Assembly: GCA_050084985.1 (NCBI GenBank)
Contig: JBITNC010000002.1
Coordinates: forward strand, 23,498,001-23,562,000
Length of the DNA: 64,000 bases
Direction: 5' to 3'
Source of the DNA: Nageia nagi
Lineage: Eukaryota > Plantae > Pinophyta
Shown here: piece after piece, positions 12,350 through 23,803 of the stretch
Layout: every line of letters begins with the position of its first letter
Position numbering within the stretch: the first letter of the stretch is position 1
Notes under the pieces: generated by a model
The model's database searches: none
What the model saw: the letters and a program-made list of their open reading frames with translations, nothing else
Told to the model about the DNA's origin: nothing
Translations under genes and position numbers: made by a program

Positions 12350-15300
12350 CCAATGCTTATGTTCCTATTAGACACTCAGCACTAATACTCCTGTTAGCAC
12401 ATATGTTGAAGTTCTTATCAGATTTTCCATCAGGCATTACTTATAAGATTATTTTGTAATTGTGCTTTCCATGTAACATGAGAATACTAATTGTAACTAA
12501 TTCTTGATGAATCTTAGGGTTGAGGTAGACTAAGTATAGTAACTTATTTTGTTGATTTAATTAAAAATAATATTATTATATTGCAAAAGTTTTATGTTGT
12601 AGGTTATTTTGAGTTCTTTAGCTTTCTCCATTACTGTATCATAGTTTGGGCTATATTATCACCCTTTTAATATTCTCATTTCAATTAATATAGTTCATAC
12701 ATTCATCACTATTTTTGGTCTTGACTTAATGAATGATTATTTCATCTAGTTTCTTCATACCTTGAATGTTGATGTTGTTTGAATTTATATTATAAACCTC
12801 ATATTTGTAATAATACCTAGTTTAGTTATAGGGTTTGAATTTTTCAATCTTAAGAGAATTTTACAAAGTTGCAATTTGAGATAATTATTTATGCTACTAT
12901 GGTAAGTAATATCAACTCTCTTCACAATCCAAAGTTTAAAGGAGCAAACTATGTGTATTGGAGCATCAAGATGAAGACTTTATTGATTGGTAAAGATTTA
13001 TGAGACATTGTGGAGGATGGATAATATTGAATTAGTATATTGGAGCTTACTTACTAATGATACTAAAAGTATAATATATGAAGAAAATAAGAACTTTCTA
13101 ACACTATACCATGTTTAGTCTACTCCAAATAAGAGCATATTTCCAAGGATTCCAAGTTACAACTTAACTACTAAAGAATGGAAAGCACTACAAGAAGGTT
13201 ACTAAGGTAGTAAGAGTGTGAAATATATTAAGTTGAATCTTTGGGAAGGAAGTTTGAGAACTTGAGGATGCAACACAAAGAAGGGAATGAAGACTACTAT
13301 GTTATAGTGAATCTAGTTGTCAATAAGAATAGTCCCTCATAGGTGGAATCACATAGTTATCATCCTAGATTATACCATTAAATATGACTACACTTGAGAT
13401 TTATCATGTTATTGGCTCTCTCATGCTACATGAGAAGAGGATGGAAAACACTAGAGGAGGGAACAATAAAGTGAGGACCTTCCCCAATGCCAACTCTAGG
13501 CCTAATACCAATATCAAGTATTTGATTAGAAAATAAGAAAATTGTTAGGGAAGAGGAAAACAATATTCTAAAGGAAGAGGTGGAAAAGGTCATGGTGGTT
13601 TTGCCTTGTGGTCGAGGATGAGGTAGATGTGATAAGAAAAATATGCAATGTTAACATTACAATAAGTTTCATCATTTTGAGAGAGAGTGTAGAATCAAGA
13701 ATCAAAATGAAGGGAGGTCTAAACATTATGGAGAAGAAGAAGCTCCTATTGAACAAATGTTATTCCTATCTAATAAACAAGATGAGGAGAACCTTCAAGA
13801 GATTTAGTTTCTTGATATAAGGTTTTCAAACCACATGATCAAAAAAGAGGAGATATTCTCTTCCATCAACCACTCCTACGAGTCTAGAATTAAGCTTTAT
13901 GATAAAAAGTCCTTGACTATTACAAAAAATGATGTGATGGAAGTGGAACCCAATGAAGATAATAATATGGTACATGATATTTACTATACTACAAATATAA
14001 AGCATGCATTTGTTGAGTGTAGGTAAAATAATAGAGAGAAACTATAATTTAATTTTTTGTGATGGAATGTATGTCATTTATGAATTGAATAATGCAAATA
14101 GGTTAGTCACTATTATTTCTATGAAAAAGAATAGAATATTTCCATTGAAGTTTGTAGATGAAGGGGGTGGGGAACTTGAAAATATGGCTACACATGGGGT
14201 GATAGCTGAAAACAAAACTTGGTTGTGGTATGTTAGATTTGGCCACTTGAACTTTGGGAGAATGAAATTATTGAAATATAATTATGTGTGGTATGGTTTA
14301 CCTAAATTATATGACTCTAAAGCTATGTATGAAAGGTGTGCTATTGGGAAGCATGCTAGGAAGAAATTTTCTAAAGGGGAATCATAAAAGTTCATAGCCA
14401 TTGTAATTGATCCACTCAAATATTTATGGGCCTATAAAAACTCAAAGTGTAGGTAGGAATTCTTACTTTCATTGATCATTAATCCCAAATATATTGGATC
14501 TTTTTATTTAAACATAAAGATGAAATGTTTTAGTGTCTCAAAGATTTCAATAATTACATATTTTAGGAATAAACATGGTGGAGAGTTTTTCTCTAATGAC
14601 TTCATCCAATTTTGCAAGTATCATTGTATAAAGAGGAAACTCACTATTGGCTACACTCATAACAAAATGGAATGGTAGAAAGGAAAAATAAAAGTGTTAT
14701 GAAGATGGTTAGAAGCATATTGTAAACTAATCAATTGATCAACATGTATTTGGGTGATGTTGTTAGGATAAAAATATATATTTTCAATAGAAGTACAATA
14801 AGTATCTTAAACAAAATCACTCCTTATGAGGATTGGAATAAAAAAAATCCAAATATGAATCACTTCAAAGTTTTTGGATGCTAAGATTTTCATCATGTAG
14901 TTTATGAAAAAAGGAAGAAGCTTGATGCAAAGAGTGAAGTTTGCATTTTTATTACCTACTACAAGAATACAAAATCCTATAGTCTTTACAATACCAAAAC
15001 TAGGAAGATTATTGTATCAAGAGATGTAATTTTTGGTAAAGGAGGAGTCTATAGTCATCAAAAATTATATATTTATGATAGAGCCAATTCAAAGATTTAT
15101 TCAAGTTATTCCATTAGGAAGAAGATGAAACAAAGTTTAATTTCAAGTATGTAGACTTGTAGGTAGTTTAATCCTTTTAGATCTAGCATCAGCATTGAGT
15201 ATAACACTAATGCTAGGAGTAGCACCAATGGTCCTATTTTCCCAACTAGTCCTCCAACAAGTTTGTGAAATAGTCCAAACAAAAGTACATCTAGTCTTTG

Positions 15301-16300
15301 TTCTAGTGATTAATCACCAGCTATTTTCTCTAAAGTCAGAAAAAAAAGGGGCTACAAAAATTTAAATCCATCCACCTTCTCAATCTTTGGATACCAATTT
15401 TCAAATAAGGCTTAGTAGGGACTAGGTCTAAGAGATGGATCAAGTTGACCAAAGACTTGAGAATATGTACATATATGGAGATGAAGATAATATGGAAAAA
15501 CAACTAATATGGTAACTATGCTTTGTATTTTACTACTATTTTGAGCCTTCTTGCTCTATGCATATTTTTACTAATGATGTTTGGATGCAAGCTATGAAAG
15601 ATAAAATTAATTCTATTATTATGAATTATAATTGGAATTTTTTTGAGCTTCCCAAAAGAAATAAGTATGTTGGATCCAAAAGGTTTTGGAGGAGATAGGT
15701 GAGAAGTAAGATATAATTACTTTATTATTTTATGATAACTTGAGTGCCCTTCATTTGGCATAAAAGCTAGTCCACCATAGTAGGTAAAATCACTTTGATT
15801 TGAAATACCACTTCATTCATGACATGATGGAGAAAAGACAAATTGAAATTAGACATTATAGTACCCATGAACAAGTAGTAGATATATTTACCAAACGATT
15901 CACTAAATCCCTTTTTTTGAAGGTGAGGAGTTCACTTGTGAGTTCAATTAACATCAAGGAGAGGATATTATAGTTTAACTTGATCTCATGATATTTATTT
16001 TATAAGTATCATTGATTATGCCTATGCTAATGCTCCTATTGAAGATTGACTTATAAGATTCTTTTGTGACTAAAGTTTCCATGTAATGTGAGAATCTCAA
16101 CTATAAATGATTCTTGATGAATTTTAGGGTTGTGGTAGACTTATTATAGTAATTTCTTTTGTTGATTCAATTGAAGATAATTGTATTGTATTGAGTAAAA
16201 TTCATTTTGTAGGTTATTTTGAGTTATTTATCTTTCTCCATTACTATATCATTGTTTGGGTTGTATTGTCACTCTTTGTAATCTCCTTAATTAATCTTCT
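12350..16300 (+). mobile_element. Ancient Ty1/copia element with both LTRs and an internal deletion of most of RT
   Basis: gag start (PKFKGANYVYWSIKMKTLL, ~12930); GAG-pre-integrase WYVRFGHLNF..C..C..GKH (14004-14387); integrase (14400-15050); RT start (VWMQAMKDKI, ~15580) jumps to RNase H end (EQVVDIFTK, ~15870); PPT caaggagagga at ~15955. LTR pair ~12350-12800 and ~15968-16300 shares acttataagatt...ttcttgatgaat.ttagggttg.ggtagact...ttgtaggttattttgagtt. Confidence 0.88.
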
Positions 16301-17269
16301 TATTATCACTCTTTATAATCTCCTTTACTATCTCTTTTAGTTTTCATAGAAGGATAATATTTTAATATACACCTTATTTATTACTGACATATTTAATAGT
16401 GTCAACTCTAGTCTAAGGTGATAATACAATCCTCCCTTGATTAGACATATAATTTTGTTATTCTTGAAAAGAGCTAAAATCTAAAAAATCTCAAAAAGTC
16501 ATATGTTCTATACTCTTATCAAATCCCTCATTTATAACTTCATAATAGTTCAAACATTGAGAAAATAATTTTTTTGCAATTTTGAGATTGAGGGATTAAA
16601 ATAATATTATAGGAACCATTGACTACATAGGAAATTGACTAAATAGCTATATGAATATCATTGACTAGTCAAAAGGGTAAAAAAGATACATATGCTCAAG
16701 AACATGAATTTCAAGTAACATGATGGGAGATGTAAATATTAGCATGATGTAAGCCTCTTAGAGCACATGTGGAGGTACCCCATTTAAAATGGGATGCTTC
16801 CAGCTAGCCCAACAATTATGCCCCTGATAACCTGAAACATATCAAAAAGCCCTCATGCATTTTCTCAATAGAGTTGATGGGTTCGATAAATTTTTGATGT
16901 CCATTTCAAGAAAAATCGAGATGATTTTTGACAAAATCATGAAGGGATTCTATTCTACAAAATCATGTAGGGAAATCTATATAATCATGAAATTTTTTTG
17001 TTATGTAAAATCACATAGGAATTTTAATAAATCGCATATATATTTTGATAAATATATTAAAGAAACTAAGTGCCAAAAGTTTTGGTCAAAAATGCAATAA
17101 CTTTTTCACAAAAGGGTATTCCTGGGATTCTTCCTTAGGTTGTTAGATTCATACTCCACTATTACTACCAAAAGACCATGTGAATGTTGATGATTATTAA
17201 TTATGAATATTTATGTTGAATTGAAATTAAATAAAAAAGCATTGCAATTTTTCATAGATTCATAATCAT

Positions 17270-17630
17270 TAATTATGAATTTTTATGTTGACCTCGAGTG
17301 AAGATTCTAAGTGGAATCTTTATGATCAGGCATCATCTTTCAAAGTACATTTTTTTGCTAGGTAGGTATCTATTTCCCAAATGATACTTTGTTGGATAAA
17401 TTTCCAAAATTATAAGTTATATGACTATATTTGGATAAGGGTCAATGTGCATATTATCTATGTCCAAGTTATATTAGGCTAAAAATGTAGCATTATATTG
17501 TAACTATAGAAGCTCATAATAATACTAATAAAATTATAGTAAAATGGTATAACCATAGTAGTTATTACATCAATTATAAAAGGGTGAAACATGGTTATTG
17601 TAGTAATTATAGAATGAAATAATAACTTTT
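17270..17630. repeat. Dispersed non-coding repeat, copy 2 (homologous to 6140-6465)
   Basis: Direct visual alignment to copy 1; this copy has an extra ~25-bp segment and has lost most CpGs. Confidence 0.85.
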
Positions 17631-17899
17631 AAACTTTGAAACAACTCTAGGGAAGTAAAAAAATGGTTACATATCTCTTAAGAATGTGAGCTTTGGAGAT
17701 AGGTTTTATTTGAAATGAGGGCCGAATTAAAAAAAAAAAAACTTAAAGGTATACTTAAGATGTTTTGATCTCTATTGTTCATCCTTAACTATGTAAATAA
17801 ATATGGAAAAAAGCCTCCTTGGTGCTATTAAATACTATATCCTTGGTCTTGGTAAGGTTCATTTATAACTATCTTAATATATTTAAAATATACAATATG

Positions 17900-18600
17900 T
17901 CCAATTGATGTTGGAATTCTTCAAGAGTTAAAACTAGAAGGATAACATCATGAGAAAAGAGGAGGATAAAGATGAAGATATGGTGAACTAAGTAGTCATA
18001 TTTTGAATGTATATATGCTTAGATAAAAAAATCAAGCTCATTTATGAATATCCATAAAAATGTAGGGGAATGGAGGCAACCTTGTTTCACTTCTATGGTA
18101 TTGAAAATGTTATAAAAGAGGTCATGAGTGGAATAAAAGTATGCAATCACTTTCTCGTATAAACTAAATATTGTTATAAAAAATTATCTAGAAATAAAAA
18201 CTAAATAAAGTTGCTCATATAGCATATCTTGAGGTACAATATCAAAAGTTTTTCTAAATTTCAAAAAGCAACAAAAAAATGAAAGATTTTGAATATGCCT
18301 TCTCTATGATAGCCCTAATAACTAGTATATGATCTATATTCTAGTAGTTTTGACACAAACTAGCTTGGCTCATGGCCTTATGTCCCCCTTTCTCTAATAT
18401 GTTAAATAAAAGTACATCAATTTTTGTAACATATTTATCTTGGTAAAGATATATTCGATCATTATGGTCATGCAATTATTAGGTTCATGTGAATCCAACA
18501 CTTTGTTAAAGGGGTGGTTGATATGCTAAGTCCATATACCAAAAAAATTTGAGAAAATAGTAAGATTGAAGAGTTTGATGAGGGGCGCAATAATGAAACT
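17900..18600 (+). mobile_element. Possible hAT transposase C-terminal relic
   Basis: Weak colinear remnants (FHFYGIENVIKEVMSGI; LAWLMAL..; VHVN.TL) resembling the hAT dimerisation region. Very decayed. Confidence 0.3.
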
Positions 18601-19709
18601 AGCTTAGATATTTAAAAAAAAATTGAGTTATCAATCTTGATGTACCTAATTTGAAAATCATGCTTCCAAGAACTGAGATAGACACCTCAAAAATTAATAT
18701 CTCTTAGCATTTTAAAATATTTATCTTTAATACATCTAAGTTATTGTTAGATTAACCATTTAATATTCATTATTGTTTATGTCTCATAGATGCACAATCC
18801 TTTTTTTTTAATATTTATTGTATTTTCAATGCATATTCTTTAACTTTTACACAATTCTTAATTAAAAAATTTAAATATGAATTAAATTAATTTTAATGCA
18901 AATATTAATCATCTTTTTATAATCGAGTGAATCATTTTATACAAAATTTTGACAAATGAAAATTTGAGCTTTACTAACTTTATTCTTTGTATTTTATGTG
19001 AAGGTTTTAATGATATTTTTATATTATAAATTATATTAGAGAATGAATTGATAATAATCTTAAAAAATCTTAACTTTATGATGACATATTTTTATTCAAA
19101 GTCGAACATGATACAAATTTAAAAGTAAAATAAAAGAAACACAATCATAATAGTTGTTTTTGAAAGTTCTAGACAAGGTACAATATATATTTCAAAAGTC
19201 TGATGATATGATAGTAAGGTCAGAAGGTAATTAAAATTATAATAAATAATCAATGAATTAATGACATGTTAGACAATTAGCATTTCAAGGGTGAACAAAT
19301 AAAGCATTTCATATACTACAATTAAAGGTAAGAAAATATCCATAGGAATTGACACAATTTCATGTTTTATAATTTTAAAAATATCTTTGGAACTAGTACT
19401 AAATTGTAATTATTGCATTTAAATGATGAATTTTATATTTTCAATTATACAATTATAGTAATACATACTTTCAAGGAATTATAGCATGATTAATCTTCAT
19501 TAATTTTATTGAAATATCCAAGCAAGAGAAAAAGGTAAAATTCATACATCCTTAAAAATATTTTATTGAGATGTAATTATAGTATTTGATATTAAGTAAT
19601 ATTCTATAAACCAACCTTCCTTCCTTCCTTCTTTCTTTCTATATATATATATAATTATATATATAAAATTTCAAATCCTAGTTCTAACCTTATTTTCTCT
19701 TCCTTGTAG

Positions 19710-19965
19710 GAAAAGTTGGATTTTTTGAGACATGGTTTGGCTGTGGACTTGGTTACCTACTGAATCAGATATCCTATCTGGTATCCGAGATGAAATTTCA
19801 CTTCATGGATTATGGACTCCTTCAGTAAATGATACTCTCAGATTTGAACGAGAAATAGGTGACTTGCTAAAGATCAGAGTAAAAGAAAGGTCAAAGAGGT
19901 CTAAAGAACGACACCTCTCCCCACCAGAACAAAGGATGAATCATATCTTCAGGAGAAATAGATAT
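19710..19965 (+). other. Orphan exon-like segment of unknown origin
   Basis: Branch-like ctaac (~19684), pyrimidine tract and acceptor tattttctcttccttgtag (ends 19709). GC is higher than the flanks and the segment holds most of the stop-free ORF 19732-20016. Confidence 0.35.
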
Positions 19966-20400
19966 TTATCTATGCATCCTCATGATTCCATCCTTCTTTC
20001 CTACCAAGACAACTAAAGAAGCAATAAGGATGGAACTAGGCTATATGAAACCTATATCGATCAATTCTTTAATAGTCCTCTCAATCTCATCTTTATAGAT
20101 ACGTGGGTGCTTGTATGGAGTGATTATGACTTGCTTTGATTTTATCTCCAACTCAATGATATGCTCAAACCCTCTTTTTGGTAGCAGACCATCAGGCATA
20201 TCTCCAAAGACATACTTGCACTCTTCCAAAATATCATGGATCTCATTGAGGGGTGTGATCTCCTCCTTATTGATGGATGTTAGAATACCTTTGATGATGA
20301 GAAAGGTTTCTCCCCATACAATATCTCCTTGTCCAATGATTTTCTCTATTTCGTATCCAGACAACAATAGTGGGAGTACTTCCATCCTTCCCACCATATT
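19965..20400 (-). mobile_element. Ty3/gypsy (chromovirus-like) pre-RT and RT N-terminal fragment
   Basis: VFGDMPDGLLPKRGFEHIIELE...ITPYKHP..YKDEIERTIKELIDIGFI, then SSIPY..VVLVGKKDGIMRM; truncated at ~19965. Confidence 0.9.
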
Positions 20401-21590
20401 TGAATATAAGCCCCTTTGTTATCAAATCATTTATAGTATCCACAATATAAAATATGAACTTTCATCTTAGAACTTGAACTAATTAATTGATTTAATTCTA
20501 AAATATTGTAGTTGTCCATACCATGATTGGATTATTTTCATAATATCATGATATTTATAACCTTTCCATAATAGAATACATAATGCATTCTATGTTTCAT
20601 GTATTAAAAAGAACATGGACATCACATTGATCCTTCTTTAGAGTTGCCTCCTCTTTATAATGAAGGCAAGTTGTTGTTAGAACCTTAAACTATTTTGAAA
20701 ACAAAGGAAAGGAAACTTAGAAATCAAGTCATCAAAGAGTAATTAGTGAAGTGGAAGAATCTACCCATTAAAGATGTTACATGGGAAGGAGTAGATTTTC
20801 TTTAATATCATCACTACGTTTCTTAAAGACAAACAATGTGGGGTAGGAGGATTTGTAATATTTCTTTTTATGGTGCTTGAGTTTCTTTGCAAAAACATTA
20901 CTTTGTATTGTGTTTAACAACTTAAAATAATGTATGTGTATATTTAATATTCATCACTTAAGTTGTAAGATCCGTATAATGAAAAATTAAAAATAGAAAT
21001 ATAAAGGCATGGAATGGTCTATTGTGGATTATGTTATGTTGATTATTGATGTCATTTTGGAGTTGTAACTGTACTCTACTCAAAATTATGATATTATAGG
21101 TTCCTTAAGTTTCATAGGGTTTCTACCTTGTGGTTAAGAGTTACACTCTTATCCTTAGTAGTGAGTGTGTGGATCTACTTCAAGGTTCACTTTGGGCTTA
21201 ATTATTGAGGAATTTAGTTAGAGAGTTTGTAGTTCATAATTAGAGATTCAAAACTACATTTTATTCTATTTAGTTAAAGTTTGAATATTTCAATCAGCCT
21301 ATCTCTTATTGGAAGTTGGAAGTCTGATTTTTGGATGGTATTCTTATATTTGTTTGTTGGTTTTGAGCTCTATTATTGAGACATATAGCATTAGAGAATA
21401 TTTTTAGATTCTATTTTCAACATCAATAATATTAGTGTGATATATTTGGTCAATTTGTAGAGTTTGATTAAATGTTTTACATGTCTTAGTAAGTTTTATG
21501 AAATAATCCTAAAGTTTAATTATTATTGCTTGCATTTAATTCTATTTATGGTAGAACTGATTGATAATTAAGATTTGGGATATTATATTA
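20400..21590 (+). mobile_element. Ty3/gypsy integrase tail and chromodomain, PPT and 3' LTR from 20854
   Basis: RIHNAFYVSCIKK...ELPPLYNEGKLLLEP.TIL.TKERKLRNQVIKE.LVKWKNLPIKDVTWEG. PPT ggggtaggagga is followed by TGTAAT at 20854. The right end of the LTR is approximate. Confidence 0.85.
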
Positions 21591-22336
21591 TCTCAAATAT
21601 GCATTTCTCAAGAAATCCTACCTCAAAGAGATCTATCTAAATTCTAAAATGGTTTCCTCTAAATCCAATAGAATACACTCTCTTCCAAGCTTCAACAGGT
21701 TATCCCTTCTCTAATTTTCATAATGCCCAAAATAAGGTACCATGAATGAAGGGTAACTAGGAGATGATCCTTCTTTTGGATTTAAAATCCTATGTTCCTT
21801 ATAATATAAGAGGAGATGAAAAGAAAGAAGACTCTTGGCTTACTCCCACATCTCATATTTGTTAGTCCCATAATGACACTGAGAGGGGGGGTGAATCAAT
21901 ATACTAAATTAAAACTTAAACCTTCAATACATAAAAATTAAAATACTTCCAACATGAAATCAAATAAAGGAAACACACTAAGAGAGCATCACACAACACA
22001 AGATATAATGAGGTTTGCCCATATGGCTACATCCTAAAATAAGATTGCTTGGATCATGGTCCAAATCCAACAATTGCAAAGCATCAACCTTACAAAAAAT
22101 TTATCAGTACTAACTAGATGGAACACCAACTAAAAGGAGCACCAACCCCTCTTGCCAAGTATCTATTTCACAAAGCAATAATTTATATATTTTTATAGTA
22201 AAAAAAATCTCAAATCCTTACTTGAATACACTTAATGGTCTAGCTCTACAAATTTTACTTTGCTAGGCATCTCAACATGAATCATGCTAGGAAAATTCAG
22301 GGAGCATGACCTGAGGTTTAACTTTTTGCTTGAAAC

Positions 22337-23803
22337 TTGCCTCGCATGTTAAAGATTGATCCCTGCAACTTGCCTCCCACGTCTGGCCATGGCAAGTGGG
22401 ATGGGGGCTCCTCAGCCCCCCCAAGAACTGGACTCCTTCATGTCTCTGGCTTAGATGAAACTCCTCAAAACAAGCAATCATACTGTGATGTTATCAGGAA
22501 TAAGAACCCTAGTGCATCTAAGCAACCATATAGATGAATACGCAAGCTACAGCAGGACCCCAACAAGAACAACCAAGGATGTCTCAAGGCACTAGAGGGC
22601 ATGCCAGTAGTGGAAATCCGAAGCCAAAAAGTTAGCAGTGGTATCCAACTTCTTGTGAGCCAAGGTCTAATCTATTGCTTCTTGGGCTATCGCATACAAC
22701 CATCCGCCATTGAAGCCTAGGTTCAACGTAACTGGGATACTAAAGGGGAGGTCCTGGTTAGCCATTATTCTAATGGTTACTTCCTTGTAACATTTGCAAC
22801 TAAAGAGGATAGAGATTCCATCTTCCAAAGTGGTCCATGGTTCTACAGATGTGCTAGTCTATTCATGAAACCATGGCACCCTGGTTTCAAGCCCTGCGAA
22901 GAAACACCAATAGTAGCCCCTGTTTGGGTTCATATCTAGGATTTCCCATAGGAGTATTGGTATGATGAAGTCTTTGAATCCATTGGAGATACACTTGGTG
23001 AATATCTATTCACCTCAGACTGCACCTTGGAAAGAAAATCCACTTCCTATGCAAGGATATGTGTTCAACTAGACTTGTGAAACCCTCTCCCGGCACAAAT
23101 CTGACTTCACCTTTTGGAGGATGACTTGGATTGTGTGTTGAATCTAAACTATGAGAATGTCCCCTTTAGATGCAGGATATGCTTCGAGTATGGTCACCTT
23201 GCTCATGGTTGCCCTCATGCCCCTCCCAAAGCTACTCTAGTTGATACTTCATTAGATGGGTTCCAACAGCAAAAATGAAAGCCCAACTCTGGTAAGCCTA
23301 AACCCTCCTCTTCGACTCCTTCCTCATCTACTCCTCCCCTGGCTTCAAATCAAGATATGGTTCTACCTAAAACTTAGGTTGACTCCAATCCCTTTCAAAT
23401 CTTACAATCTGTAGTTAATCCAGATGATCCTCAAGAAAGTCCTCAGGTGATCTCTGATCCCCTTGTTCAAAATCCTTTGTTCTCCTTAGATCCCCCAGTG
23501 GTTCCCGATCCCTCTCTTCAAAAACTACCCTTGCATGAAATGGATACCAACATGATGGATATTCTAGTGCTAACTATCACCATTGAATCGCCAACAACCC
23601 CCTTTCTCACAGGCTCAGCTAGTGCTACACACATAAAATAAACACCTAACAACCTAAAATCAGCTTTAGTAGGCATAGGAAAAAAGAAAGGGCATCAAAC
23701 TAACCAGGAGAAGTGCTCCCAAGATGCTCTAGCAACCATTGAGTTCGGGAACCAAGCAAAATTGGAAGGTATGATTGCCTCCAAGAAACCCCACCTCTCT
23801 TAA
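22337..23803 (+). pseudogene. LINE ORF1 (DUF4283-type domain plus CCHC zinc knuckle), disrupted by nonsense codons
   Basis: NGYFLVTF.TKEDRDSIFQSGPWF...KPW.P.F; PVWVHI..FP.EYW; YARICV; YENVPFRCRICFEYGHLAHGC. One reading frame throughout, ending TAA at 23801-23803. Confidence 0.92.

Noticed and set aside
19710-19830. Resemblance to plastid ycf2 (WI..D.VWL, ESD.L)
   Set aside because: Only a few short, non-colinear residue matches; unsupported without a database search.
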